Assembly: GCF_001194135.2 (NCBI RefSeq)
Contig: NC_068981.1
Location: forward strand, 57,970,300-58,034,299
Length of the DNA stretch: 64,000 bases
Reading direction: 5' to 3'
Source of the DNA: Octopus bimaculoides
Taxonomy: Eukaryota
The number at the start of each line of letters is the position of its first letter. Within the stretch, counting starts at the first letter, position 1. Below the pieces are notes generated by a model. That model did not search any database, had not been told where the DNA came from, and saw nothing but the letters and a program-made list of their open reading frames with translations. Shown piece by piece: positions 1-13,046 of this stretch. The translations under genes were made by a program, and so were the position numbers.

Positions 1-737
1 CAACAAAGTCCACCGGGGTACACATCTATATTTTTATTTACTTTTTTTACCTCCCTAAACTGGAAGATTACCCACATCTGTAGTCATGCATGTGTGGGCG
101 TGCGTGCGTGCGTGCATATATATATGTATGTATGTATCTGCTTACTTGTATTTGTTGTACTTGTTTGCTAATAGATTTGATCTGAGAAGTGTTGCCTTGT
201 GATAGAGATATATATATACATTATATGTAAATATTCAACTCTCATTTACTTTTTTATGACATGGAACTCGGATATAACCACAGTAAGTTTTGGTTTTCTT
301 TTTAATTTTTTAAATTGTGTTCTCTGTTTTGTCCAATTTTCTAATTTAATTTTGTAAAACGGTTAACACTGTGAAGGCACCAGGATCTTTCTGAATTGAC
401 GGGCACCACTTGTTTTCTTAACGAAACATCCAGGAACCACAAATTATGTAATAGCATCAGCTCAAAATAGCTTTATTCTTCCTCTTCAAAGTTGTTGCTT
501 TGTATCCTATAATCATATCATTTTAATGTCTACTTTTCAATTTTCCCAATTGGTCTGACGGACTTTGATGAAGCAGACTTTTTCTAAAGCTGGATGTCCT
601 TCCTGTCATCAACCTGTTCCTGTTTCAAGCAAGGTAGAATTTCGCTATACACAGGCATGTTTTCAGTAACGATGGGAAACAAATGACACTACTTCTATCG
701 CAGTGACGCTTGTTACCTGTGTAGTGCAATATCAAGT

Positions 738-1104
738 TGGAGGCGCAATGGCCCAGTGGTCAGGGCAGCGGACTCGCGGTTTCGATTCCCAGACCGGGCG
801 TTGTGAGTTTTTATTGAGCGAAAACACCTGAAAGCTCCACGAGGCTCCGGCAGGGGATAGTGGCGAACCCTGCTGTACTCTTCCACCACAACTTTCTCTC
901 ACTCTTTCTTCCTGTTTCTGTTGTGCCTGTAATTCAAAGGGTCAGCCTTGTCACACTGTGTCACGCTGAATATCCCCGAGAATTACGTTAAGGGTACACG
1001 TGTCTGTGGAGTGCTCAGCCACTTGCACGTTAATGTCACGAGCAGGCTGTTCCATTGATCGGATCAGCTGGAACCCTCGACGTCGTAAGCGACGGAGTGC
1101 CAAC
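738..1104 (+). mobile_element. tRNA-derived SINE with 13-bp target site duplication
   Basis: A-box-like GGCCCAGTGG and B-box-like GTTTCGATTCCC. TGCAATATCAAGT is repeated at 725-737 and 1105-1117. Confidence 0.85.
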
Positions 1105-1213
1105 TGCAATATCAAGTCAAGGAAACGCAAACACAAACACCCGACGCTATACAATAAATAATTTACTATTTCAATTCATAAATTTTACATCTTAAAAAAT
1201 TACCCATTATCAA

Positions 1214-1286
1214 TAGGTAACAGTAGTAAAACCTACTCATGCATAATGTTAAAACATGCATGAGTAGGTTTTACTATTGTTACCTA
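1214..1286. repeat. 31-bp near-perfect inverted repeat (hairpin, 11-nt loop)
   Basis: 1214-1244 pairs with 1256-1286, with one G:T/U wobble on the plus strand. Confidence 0.9.
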
Positions 1287-3559
1287 ATAAACAGAGCAGC
1301 AAATGTCTGAGAATTACGCTTACACCATTTTTCAGTTTTTCAAAATTTTTTCTAGTTTCAATGAATAATCCAAGATTCTTAAAGACCTTTTCTGACTGAT
1401 TTGAAAAATAACATTACGATTTGATATGGACACAAATAATAAACAGACATACTCGTTATTAACCTATATACTTTCTCTTTTACATATATATCTCTAAGTA
1501 CCACTATAAACATAATGCATAGGCTTGGTTTTCATCTCTTCAGATAATTTTCTAAGGAATTAAAATAATTTCACTTTTTTTTCTGTAAAAACGTCTGGTT
1601 TGATTTTAACAACTGCAACAAAGGATGAAAGAAAAAAAAAACTTATATTAAACATCCGCTTCAGATTGTTTTCTTTTGCGCTAATAAGAGATTTCGGTCA
1701 AACTCTAGTGCTTGACCGTGATTTCTACGTTGTTGGGTTAAATAGGGGCCAAGTGTTTCCTCATATTTCAACCCACCCTCTTACACAGCGATATATTAGG
1801 TCTTAGATACACGATGTCTGAAATAAAAACATGGGATTGAAAGAATATCCTTGATCATACGTTTGTCTACTCGATCAGGATAAACGACTTCAAAAATTTA
1901 GAATAGCTTCTTTGTAACATGAAACCGAGGAAAATAAGAGACAAACACAAGCGTTCAAGAGTTAAACGACACTTTTCTGAGACGCTGCTCTTTTTTATGG
2001 TTTTTCAGAAGCATTTTTCAAACCAAGACGATTTTATTACTATTACAAACGGAATGACTTTTATAGATTTTACAAAAAATTTTAAACGATGGTGCGACAT
2101 AAAACATTGAAAAGGTTTACCCCTAAAGCCAACAGTTCTAAGGCAATCCACTCTGAACAATCTAATCGCCGGAAAATCCATATGGATTCATTAGAATGTA
2201 AGAGTAAATTCTGCCAGTGTTGGAAAGATGATAAAGATAGCAAACTACCAAATGCTGAAACAATCACCGCAAAGTTACAAGTTAACAAAATGAGAAAAGA
2301 AGTGGTCCCAAAATTCAATAATGCCACACAGAATGTAAGTTTTCTATCTTTAATGTAAAACTAGTTTTAGGATTTGTATTTCATCTGGTGGGCCGATAAA
2401 ATAAATACCAGTCAAATCCGGTGTATTAAATCTACTTCGCCCCTTCAACAAAATGTATTGTGTTTAAAATCGTTATTTAAACTTAGACCAATTATTAAAA
2501 AACAAAACAAAAACGCTACAATTATAACGATGAAGGGAAATTAACTATAAGGAAATAATTAGAATGTATATATTCAATTAGTTATTAAATTCATAGATTT
2601 TAGAAATATTTATTACCTATTCTAATTATTTACTTGAATCTACACAATGATTCCTAAACATAGGTATCGTCCATGAATTTTTAGGGAAAGGGAACAGATG
2701 ATTATACAATATAAACTTAACTTCTTTATAAATGCTGTATTCAATTATACAGGGCATAATTTAAAAAGAAAAAAGTATTTCAGAATTTTATCTTGCATCT
2801 TTCTAACATAATACCAGTACTTGGGTTATTGACAAGTGATAGCTCAAGAAAGAGCCTGTTATAGCTTTAGTTAAGCTATACAGAAAAAAATCAATGGAGA
2901 ACCTGACTATATTGGGGAAAGATTTATTTATTTAAACACATGAGAACGTGAGCCGTCGGTCAACTCGTGCTTCGTAGAAGTCCCGTCTAATCGGAAGTTC
3001 ACTTCGCTGCAGACCAGCTCCTTAATTAGCCCGCAGCGCAGTTCCTGTCTACAGTTTGTCCATCATAAATCCTTAGGCAGTGCCCTATACACTGTCGGCA
3101 ATTAAGCGGTTTTTATAAGCTCGTACACCTAAATAAAACGTCAAATACAATAACTTGTGATTGATCCCAAAACTCAAACCAGGATGATTTTAGGTCTGAA
3201 CTAGTTAAGCAAGTTGAAACAATAAACACAATCGTTAATAGCACTGCCTAACGTTTAGGCTAAATTTTTCAAAGCTTCTTTTTTTTCTTCTCCTGATTTC
3301 AAAAATACCCTTAGATTTTGCCTGCTATGAATACTTTAAGAGATAATCATAGTTTTATATTGGAAGAAAAAATAATTTGTTGCGGTAATGCTTTACTGAC
3401 CTTATTTACATGTACGACAATATCAATCAAGTAATATTTTTGTAATCATTTTTTGCATCTCACTTTAAACTAAACTGAAAATGTAAGTAGGCATATGATG
3501 AGCTCACAGTAGAAATGCATTAAAGATCGTATTTTCCAACTGTGAGCACCTTTATCTTT

Positions 3560-5110
3560 ACAGGCAAGTGACCATATATAGTTTCCCATCATGGCAGTGT
3601 CTCATTCATTTTCCTCTGTATCTCTTCTCCATTGCAGCAATGTCCTAGTGGAATTTCTCACCATGCTCCTCACTGACTTGACCTGAGTTTTCAGGAAAGA
3701 AGTCCAAATTTGAATGCAAAAAGTACACTTCGATAGCCTAAGTTCTTAAAAAACTCTCATTAAACTTTGCCAATAGCTGCTTGTTGTTGAGATTTTTGCT
3801 GTTACCTGGGAAACCATGAACTATGTCACGATATGCACATCATGTCTCTCTTTCGACATTACTCATTGCCTTTTCAAACATTGTAAAATTGCAATCCTTA
3901 ACCTTTGCCTCAGGTAGCTTTGGAAAGAGTAGACGAATTTCTTGAAAGGTTTCTCCATCATGATCTAAAGCCTTCACAAACTGTTTGACCAAATCCAGTT
4001 TTATGTGAAGTGGAGGTAACAAAACCTTGGCAGGCTCTACAATAGGTTGTCTTATAACATTTTGCTTTCAGGCTGCATGTCATCCCATGGGAGCCACTTA
4101 CCCTTCCGGTAATGTTCATGATCAGCTCTGCTGTGCCATAGGCAAAGGAAGTATGAATATTTTGTGTACCCACCCAGTAGTCCAAGCAAGAAGGCAAACA
4201 TCTTAAAATCACCACAAACTTCCCACTTATAGCCTGCATATTTTACTTCCTGTACAAACTTTTTAATATTTTCATATTCTTTCTTCATCTGTACAGAGTA
4301 TGCTATAGGTAAGATGAATACTGATTTCCATTGTGCAGTAAGACTGCTTTGAGGCTTGTTGCTGAGCTATGAAAAGTCGCCATTTTTTGGGTCATGATCA
4401 ATTCCAATAGCTGAAAACAAGCCACTTATATCATTGTATACTTCGAATTCCTTATGTCACTTCCTGTACACTGTTGATTTGCAATTCTCCTCCAATAAAT
4501 TCCATTCCTTCAGCCTGAATGTTAAAAGTTCAGCTCCTGACTTAGGCCTAAATTCCTGATGAGATCACCCAGTTCATGTTGATTTGGAAAGTGTGGGCAG
4601 GTACTCATTCTTGTCTTGAACACTTCATCCATTTCTTGTTTGCTGCTACTTTCAGACTCTCCTGATGACCCTTCCACAGTATCTTCTACTTGACAAGATA
4701 AAATGTTTGCATATAATAACTTGAACCATAGTATGAGTTTTATTAGTAGCCATAATATTGAAAGAAAACTGGGATCTTTTCTGTTTGGCTGCCAAGATTT
4801 CAAAAATCAAAGTTTATTGAAAACTTAAAATTTGGTACATTAATGTAGTCACCAATATGTATTCCCACCCCGTTTTCTTGTACTCATAAAATGCTTCTTC
4901 ATTTTGCATAATTTTCTTTTGGGGATAACATCCTTTTCTTGCAAGTACAAAACTACATCCTCCTCTGGTGCGTGGTTTAAGGCCTATTTGATTGCTATTT
5001 TTAGCACATATGACAACCACCTCAATGACTAAAACATATTAGTCAAAATGTGCTTTCTTGCAGACAAAAGAGCCCTCATGTTTGGCTTGTTACTATGGAA
5101 ACAGGCATGA
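3560..5110 (-). mobile_element. Degraded Chapaev3-like (CMC superfamily) DNA transposase
   Basis: Frameshifted pieces NDISGLFSAIGIDHDP, WRLFI, KYAGYKWEVCGDFKMFAFLLGLLGGYTKYSYFLCLW, LPPLHIKLDLVKQFVKAL. Family assignment is from recalled motifs; ends are approximate. Confidence 0.7.
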
Positions 5111-5780
5111 ATGTGTCTGTGGCTTACGATTGGTTAAAATTACCTAAAATTTTCAAACTTTAATAGCTAATAACTCTTTATTTATTGATTTATGGTGAAA
5201 ATGATTTTCATGGCATTGATTAGCATATAAAAGTATATCATTACATTGAATATGAAATCAGTTCGAACAGGAATTGAAGAGATTGAAAATTGGCAACCAA
5301 ACAGAAAAGATCTGAAAACTGAGTTAAATGTTTTTAACCTTTAAATTTTGATTATTTTATCCAGAATATGAAATTTAAATTTCATTTAAACATTACAATG
5401 GGATTTTTTAACATTTTCTGGTGGTTATGACACCAGTAACTTGTCATCATGGGGTAAAAGAAGCAGGTATGCTGGAATACTGAAGTACTTGTCTTCCTTT
5501 AACTTTTTTGTACTTTTTATGTCAGTCATGCAAAAATAGCAATCATCGTGATGGTTTTTTTGGCTCTCGCCATACACTTAGAATAGCAAAAGGCACGGCT
5601 CAAGTAGTATAGATTTTCTAAGCCTTTATATTTTTTTAACCCACACCGCCCCTAGTTGTCCCTTGCGATGCATCAGTGTTTTCGGCGTACCGTTTGAAAA
5701 CTACTGCTTTAAGCATTAAGCCATTTAACTAGGTGATGTAGTCTCAATTCTCACCTGCTGCTCTCTTCCATCTATAGCGT

Positions 5781-6112
5781 TATTACCTCCGCCTTAGTGA
5801 AGGCGGAGATATTGTTTTCAGTCATGTTTGTTTGTTTGTGGACAAGATATCTCAAGAACCGCTAGATGAAACTTGCAGGGATGTTTGGCCTCATGACTGG
5901 CACGAACCGATTAGATTTTGGGAGCAATCCAGTACCGGACAAGAATTCTGGATTATTTTTCATATTTTTTAACTTAGAGCAGTCAGGTTCATTTTTAGTA
6001 TTCTCGTTTGTGAGCGTAGTCGTGTTTCTTTCAAATATTCTCATTTTAAAAATCATCTTTGGCTAATCGCTGAGATGATGTTGGTGTAACCTTGGCAGAG
6101 GTTTGTGCTCTT
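5781..6112 (+). mobile_element. Helentron-associated non-autonomous element (HINE/DINE-1-like)
   Basis: 5' TATTACCTCCGCC with an adjacent complementary GGCGGAG, a TGTT microsatellite, and a 3' subterminal GGCAGAGG. Confidence 0.6.
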
Positions 6113-8214
6113 GTTCGTATTTATATTTTGTGTGTGCTAGACTTTTAAACTCTTATTTGCATTAGTTTTGTTTTACATCTAAGCAGTTTTGTTTGGTCAA
6201 CTCTAATGATGACCAGTTAAACGAGACTGATTAATAACCATGACTGGTTTTGAAGTCAATATTTCACGATCTCAAATGAAGATTAATTATTCGCTTTCTG
6301 AAACGTTTATGACATACAAGAATAAATTACTTAAATAATGACCTCAAATATCTTTATTTTCATTTACAAAAATACATGACACTAAAATGTAGGAAACAAT
6401 CAATAATTTTTATATGTTTTGTTTTAATGACAAATGAAAGCAGTTATCCTCAAACTGACAAAGACTAGGCCTTCCACCAAATAAATAAATAACAATAATG
6501 ACATTTCCCCTTCCCCTTATTAATGAGAAGACAAAATAAAGTTTGCATCCACATTATTCTTCTTTCTTTTGTCTCGGTATTGGATAGATTTCAAATGTTT
6601 AAAATTATTTTAATTCTATTTATATATGGAAATTTGTCCACTCTGTTTTCAGTCCTCACAGCTTCCTCTTCCCTTACTTATAAGAAATACTAGTTTAAAG
6701 GAAATAAAATTTAAAGTTTATTATGGGGTGGTGGTTTTCAGGAATTATAAAGTAAAAAGAGCGAAAATAAACTTACCAGCAATAAATTTAACTTGATCAC
6801 TAAATGGAAAATTGCAGCCACTAGCATTTAAAATTTGCTAAATAACTATGTAAAATTTCTGAATTCAAATGGTTTAGTATCCAAATGATATGTAAAGACA
6901 AACATTTTCAATAATAACAACAGTAACAAATCTAAGATATAGAGTTCAATGTCAAGGCTTTTGGAATTATTTTTAAAAATTGATCATTAAGAGATACTAA
7001 TCAGACATAAATGCCAAATTATGTAAACTATGCTGTGTCTTAAATACCACAAGTATTTAACAAGAGCCTGCCACCTCGTTTGGGAAGACGTATGCAGTAC
7101 TTCCCAGACTAAACATACACATCTTATAATGATTCTGCTTATTTGTGCGTTACTTAGCCCATCCATAATGCTTTCATGTGATTAGCTGAAGGAAAAGGTG
7201 AAGAGCGAGAGAAAAAGAAATAGAAAGTAAAGAGGGAGAGAGAAAAAGGGGGAAAGAGAAGCTTCCATGAGGTGAGGTAGAGGGAACATAATTGTAATGC
7301 TTTCACGTGATTAGTTGAAAGGAAAGAGGAAGTAAGAAAAAGGAGAGAGAAAAAGAGGATAATGCAAAGTGGGAGAGAGTAGCGTCTATGACGTGAGGTA
7401 GTGAGGATGTAATATTTATTACATGGTTAAAAAAGTTAGTTGAAGGCAGTGATATAGAGGAGGAGAGTTAGGAATATAATTTTAGCAGAGGGGTGATGTT
7501 CTGATGGGAGGTTATAGAAAGGCAGAGAGTGAGAGAGAGAAATATTGATGACAGTGGTGGCGGTGAATGGAAAGGTGTTCGTAAATTGAAATGTGTATTG
7601 GCTTTGACTCATCGTCTTGGCTTATATGTTACCAATAATGTGGTTTTCAGATCATGCCATGTTGCATTTTTACCCCCGTGAAATTGTGACCCCTATATTT
7701 TACATCTAAAATAATTTTTTTTTACTATAAAATATTTGTTTTCTAGGTATGAAATAGTGACCATATAAATCTTAGAATGTAATTTTTTTTGTTAATGGGG
7801 AAAAATGGAAAAATAAGAGTGACTATTTATTCTATGAGTGCTGTGTATTATGTCTATAAAATTGTGTATAAAGTATATAAAGTGCATTACGTAATTATCA
7901 TATTCCAATTTCCTTTACTTTTCAATGATTAGCAGATGAGCGACTATCTTTTGATACAGACAAAACACAGGCTACGCTTCAGGTTTTTTGGATTAAAGTT
8001 TTCAGAAATAATCCAATAAGTTAACCATTAATTCCATGAAATAATCACGGATCCTGCTAGAATTAATAAACCTAAAAAGTAAACAATTCCCAATTGATTA
8101 TAATAATTATAAAAATGCTAATTTAATACATTAAATTCACTGTATAATTCAGTAAATGACTAATGTGATATTTTTGTGTGAGGCAAGCACAATCTCCCTG
8201 TGCTTTTCAACAAG

Positions 8215-8420
8215 TACATAACTATAATTCTCAGTATCTATGTTCCTCAGTATCTATGTGTATTGGGCCCAATATTCCTGGTACTTATGTTCACCAGTCC
8301 CTATGCCCCATTATACCTATATTCTCTGGTATCGATGTACCCCAGCATCTATGTTTCCCCGCCCACTTTTATGTTATCAAGTACCTATGTTTCCTCATAT
8401 TTATATTATACTGTCCCTAT
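8215..8420. repeat. Degenerate minisatellite (about 15-17-nt unit, c(c/t)cagtatctatgt)
   Basis: Recurring cagtatctatgt / ggtacttatgt / agtacctatgt units. This accounts for the three overlapping spurious ORFs here. Confidence 0.65.
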
Positions 8421-8990
8421 AGAAATGTTTAAATAAAATTAACATTACATAACTATATGTTATTCATCTTTTCTCCGAGCTGGTGATCATGTGTTTCAAA
8501 AGATTAGTTAGTAAACATTACGAAGAGTGCTTACTCTTCTGCATATGATGTCATCTAACAAGGAACTGATGAATAGCTCTTGAAATCCAAATTTTGGACC
8601 ATCCCCATGCCTAAGGAATGAAGTGACACTACTGTCTCAATAAGTGTTTGCCTAGCTTTCTATATACCATTATCTAGATGGGTCTTTGTCCAGGTCTTTA
8701 AACAGTATTGTCTAGAATGGCTTGAATTGGTAATGTGCAGATACTTGCATGTCGGCGTCACAAATTGTGTAATGGTTGTGGTTTAAAGATGTCCATGGAA
8801 TAAATGATAGAAGATAAAAACAGTAGATGGCCTTTATTTTACTGTTATGATATAAAATATTTCTGCTTCGAGTTACATAAAGATTAGTTGAAGTTCGGTT
8901 GTTCATTTCAAAGGTAGTTGTGTTCATCTGTGTGCTAGGTAAACGGAAGGAAGGAGAGAGAAAGTGTAATAGAATTTACCACTCCATTTG

Positions 8991-9187
8991 TTAGCATGCC
9001 AAGTAAAATACTTAGCAGCATTTCGCCCGTAGCGACCTTCTGAGTTCAAATTCCACCAAGGTCGACTTCACCTTTCATTTTTTCGGGGTCTATTAACTCA
9101 GTACCAGGTGCATACTGGGTTGATCTAATCGACTGCCCCCCCCCTCCCCAAAAGTTTCAGGCCTTGTGCCTAGAGTATAAGAGAATT
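8991..9187 (+). mobile_element. Abundant SINE family copy
   Basis: Shared core ctgagttcaaattccaccaaggtcgac...cctttcat...ggggtc...gccttgtgcctagagta, seen at least seven times in the window. Confidence 0.8.
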
Positions 9188-10632
9188 TACCTCTCCATTT
9201 TGACAAGTAGAGGGTGAGAGTTAACATGCAAGAGGTGCTCCCTTTTCCAGGCGAAAGACTAAGATGCACTTTAGGCAAGGCACCGAGCGAAATAGGAAGA
9301 ACTGAATTTATATTTTCTTAACTAAATTAAGTAAGGCTAAACAAAAGATTTTCCGTCAGTTATCTTGTTTGAACTGTATTTAACCTCAGGATTTACAGGA
9401 AACAATAGGATTTATCTAAATATGATTGTGGATTTCGGTAAATTTCTTAGTGCCAACATCGAGAACAATAGGAAGGAACTCATAGAAAAATCTAGACTAG
9501 GTTTCGAATCGCGGCTGAGAATCCAGGAAGTGATTCGCTTCAGGATATTTACGATAGGATGTTTACTAAACTCTTTACACTGTAGGAGATATATAAGGGA
9601 GTCGTAACCAAGAATCGAAACTTCGGTCTTCACATTTGTTTCCTTTGTTCTCAGAATTTGTTTACCTGTCAAATAAGCCCATTCAATTCGTACATATTGC
9701 AGTAGAGTTCACCGCAAAGCGAATCATTAGTGATACAACCTGAACGGCACATATCAGTTCGGAAGGAAGTCATTAAATGCATCTCCATTTCACAGAAGAA
9801 ATGACTCTACCAACTCTTAATAACAGAACTCGGTGATAAACTAAAAAAAGAAAAAAAAAGTCTCAGCTCTTGCTAAGGCGAGAACTGCGTCGGTTTTCTT
9901 TTTCTTTCTTAAAAACAAAAAAAACATTTCAGGACGAAGTATTTAAACAATTATTCCTGAAGCAACTGCCTTCCACTAGGCAAGTCATCCTCGCATCCAC
10001 CATCTCTGTTCAGAAGTTGGCTCAGTTAACACCAATTATACCTTCTATAAACCCTTTCTCTCTCAACTTGTTTGTATTCCCTCACCATATGCATACGTAT
10101 CTATGCGTGAGCGTATGTATACAAGTAAATATTTTTGTCTGTAAAAATATTTTTATATGTGATAAAGCCTTTTGTTGACACTTTATTAATAAATACTACT
10201 CCTTCCCTTTAAAGGTGTACCTGATAATTAAAATTGTTGAAGAGAAATGCTCGTTTCATCTTCACATTTCTCTTGCAGTTTTAACACCACAAAATCATTC
10301 GAAACTATATATATATATATTTATGCTAACTTGAAATTAATTCATTTGGCTGTAAGGTAAATAACGTAATTATAATTGCATCGATAATTTCAAACCTAAA
10401 CAATCGGTTAATTAATGCTGAATATAGATTGTATGCAAAATGTCAAGATGAGACCCAACTACGTCAAATAGCGTCTATATGTTTGTTCAGTCCACCTATT
10501 CTATTTAGAGTTTTCACTCTGTAGTGAAACTACCTATCGTCACTAGATACAAAACTACTATCGCCATTACATACAATCTTCTCATTTAAATATAAATAAA
10601 TGCGAGCGTAGTAGAGAACCCATTCCTTGTCC

Positions 10633-10730
10633 ATCACGTGACTGATCATTATTCGAATCGGCAACTTCTTCGAACCGTTCCCGCCAGAACGCAAACTGAC
10701 CAATCACGGCCGCTAATAAGGTCACGTGAT
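10633..10730. promoter_or_regulatory. Candidate (bidirectional) promoter: two inverted GTCACGTGAT E-boxes flanking a CCAAT box
   Basis: ATCACGTGAC at 10633-10642, CCAAT at 10700-10704 (GACCAATCA), GTCACGTGAT at 10721-10730. Locally CpG-rich. Confidence 0.5.
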
Positions 10731-10805
10731 AGAGTAAAATTCTGAAGCCATCGGGAGCCCATAGTTTGTTATAAATAGCTTTAACTCGGCAACCAAATTT
10801 GTCTC

Positions 10806-11326
10806 NNNNNNNNNNNNNNNNNNNNNNNNNNNNNNNNNNNNNNNNNNNNNNNNNNNNNNNNNNNNNNNNNNNNNNNNNNNNNNNNNNNNNNNNNNNNNNN
10901 NNNNNNNNNNNNNNNNNNNNNNNNNNNNNNNNNNNNNNNNNNNNNNNNNNNNNNNNNNNNNNNNNNNNNNNNNNNNNNNNNNNNNNNNNNNNNNNNNNNN
11001 NNNNNNNNNNNNNNNNNNNNNNNNNNNNNNNNNNNNNNNNNNNNNNNNNNNNNNNNNNNNNNNNNNNNNNNNNNNNNNNNNNNNNNNNNNNNNNNNNNNN
11101 NNNNNNNNNNNNNNNNNNNNNNNNNNNNNNNNNNNNNNNNNNNNNNNNNNNNNNNNNNNNNNNNNNNNNNNNNNNNNNNNNNNNNNNNNNNNNNNNNNNN
11201 NNNNNNNNNNNNNNNNNNNNNNNNNNNNNNNNNNNNNNNNNNNNNNNNNNNNNNNNNNNNNNNNNNNNNNNNNNNNNNNNNNNNNNNNNNNNNNNNNNNN
11301 NNNNNNNNNNNNNNNNNNNNNNNNNN
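10806..11326. other. Assembly gap (N run); other gaps at 19403-19511, 21614-22342 and 23610-23824
   Basis: Read directly. These gaps could hide 5' or ankyrin exons. Confidence 1.
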
Positions 11327-12552
11327 ATTGCTCACGTGTTATTGACTCTCTTTCTATCTGCTGTAAACACTCATACACACATGTATCACTCACATTACAC
11401 ACTTTTCTTTGTATGACGGCCTGTCTTTAATTATGTTATTATATGTCGCATTCACACTCACACACACAGACATACATCTTTAACGCTACAATAAATATCT
11501 CTGTTATTCATCTTATACGGTTGTGGTCTCTCATTACTGGTCATCTATGTTATCGTCGCATAACATATCATCTATATCATCCATCGATATATAATTGTGT
11601 GTTCGACCGTGTGACACGTTTAAATAAAAGGAGTCCTCTGTTTTTCCATTCGTCACCATTTCTCCTTTTTGAGTTCGCACGGTCGTCCCTTACAACTCTA
11701 AAAATATTTTACAGCAAAACTATATAGATATAGATATGCCTGTGTGGTAAAGTTCAGTTCGCAGTCACGTGGTTTGGGGTTCAGTCCTAGTGCGCAGCAG
11801 TTTCCATCTCATGCATCCAGTTACAAGCCGCTGAAAGACGAAAACTGCACGGAAAATATGTTAAAAAAAAAAAGAAGCTTCCAGGAATGTGTTTAATATG
11901 TAAATTTGGTATATCCAATAACGTTGCACCGCTGTATGTGGTGACTATTTGGGCAATGATTTCGTAGATGATTGATAGGTTGGATGGATGCTGATGAAGG
12001 AGCAAAAACTCTCGCAGTGTGGAATATGCGCCCATTACACATTTTTTCATCTTCGATCTCATTGTTTGTTTACATCTTACGTCTCGGATACGAAACGTCA
12101 TAACAAAGTCAGTACTGGCTATAATTTCTAGAGAAAATCTGTAGAGATGACCTTAGCACGTGATTTAAGTGCACTGCTAACACAATGCTACCGGGCTGAA
12201 TGAAAAAAACTATTGGGGTTGGTTTCATCGGCCAAAACCTTCAAGGCGTGCCCCTGGAGAACTGCAGTCTAATAACTGGAATAAGTGAAAAAAATGTATT
12301 CTAATGCATAGAACATGACACACAGGATTTGAGAAAAATTTAAAGATTGACTGAAATCGTTCAGAAAGACGTGCAAAGAAAAAAAAAATTGAAAGGATTT
12401 GTTTATCATTGAATGAAGTGTGTAAAATGAACTGAATCTTAGAGGTTAGATGACTTTAAGGACATGAAACGTGAATCTATCGTAGTCCTCTTCTTTCTTC
12501 CTCTCCTCTATGTCCATGTTTTGTATATAACAGTCTATAAACTCCCATTATC

Positions 12553-12680
12553 ATTCCGTCGAGGTCACAACTTTGCATTTCATTCATTCGGGGTCGATAA
12601 AATAAGTGCCAGTCGATGTAATCGACTCGCCCCCTCCCCCAAATTTTCAGGCCTGGTCTTTTGCCTTTAGTAGAAATAAT
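12553..12680 (+). mobile_element. SINE 3' portion
   Basis: Matches the core and tail of the 8991-9187 copy. Confidence 0.7.
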
Positions 12681-13046
12681 TGTAACGATACTTAGTATTC
12701 AAAACCCTGATATTTCGGAAAGGTGATTTTGGCCTGCATTTCAGGCAATCGTACTTCAGGTGCATTCGTATGATCGCATGATTTGAATGGAAATTTCTAC
12801 GCAGTATCCAGCCATATGGTCGTAAATATAAACGCGCGACACAAGCAGCGCAGAGGTCGGAGAAAAGACAGATGGATGCAAATGCTTCGTAGAGGATTCT
12901 TGGTTAGCCATACCACTCGACCTCTGATTAAAATGAATCACTTCGTCTTCCACGAACACAGAACTTTCTCGCTTCTCACTCAACACGAAAATATAACGAT
13001 CTCACTTCTTGCCAACATAACATTCTCACCTCTAGCTAAAGAGACA

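Noticed and set aside
1830-2360. Cluster of short ORFs as a degraded gene
   Set aside because: No recognisable motif and no consistent splice signals.
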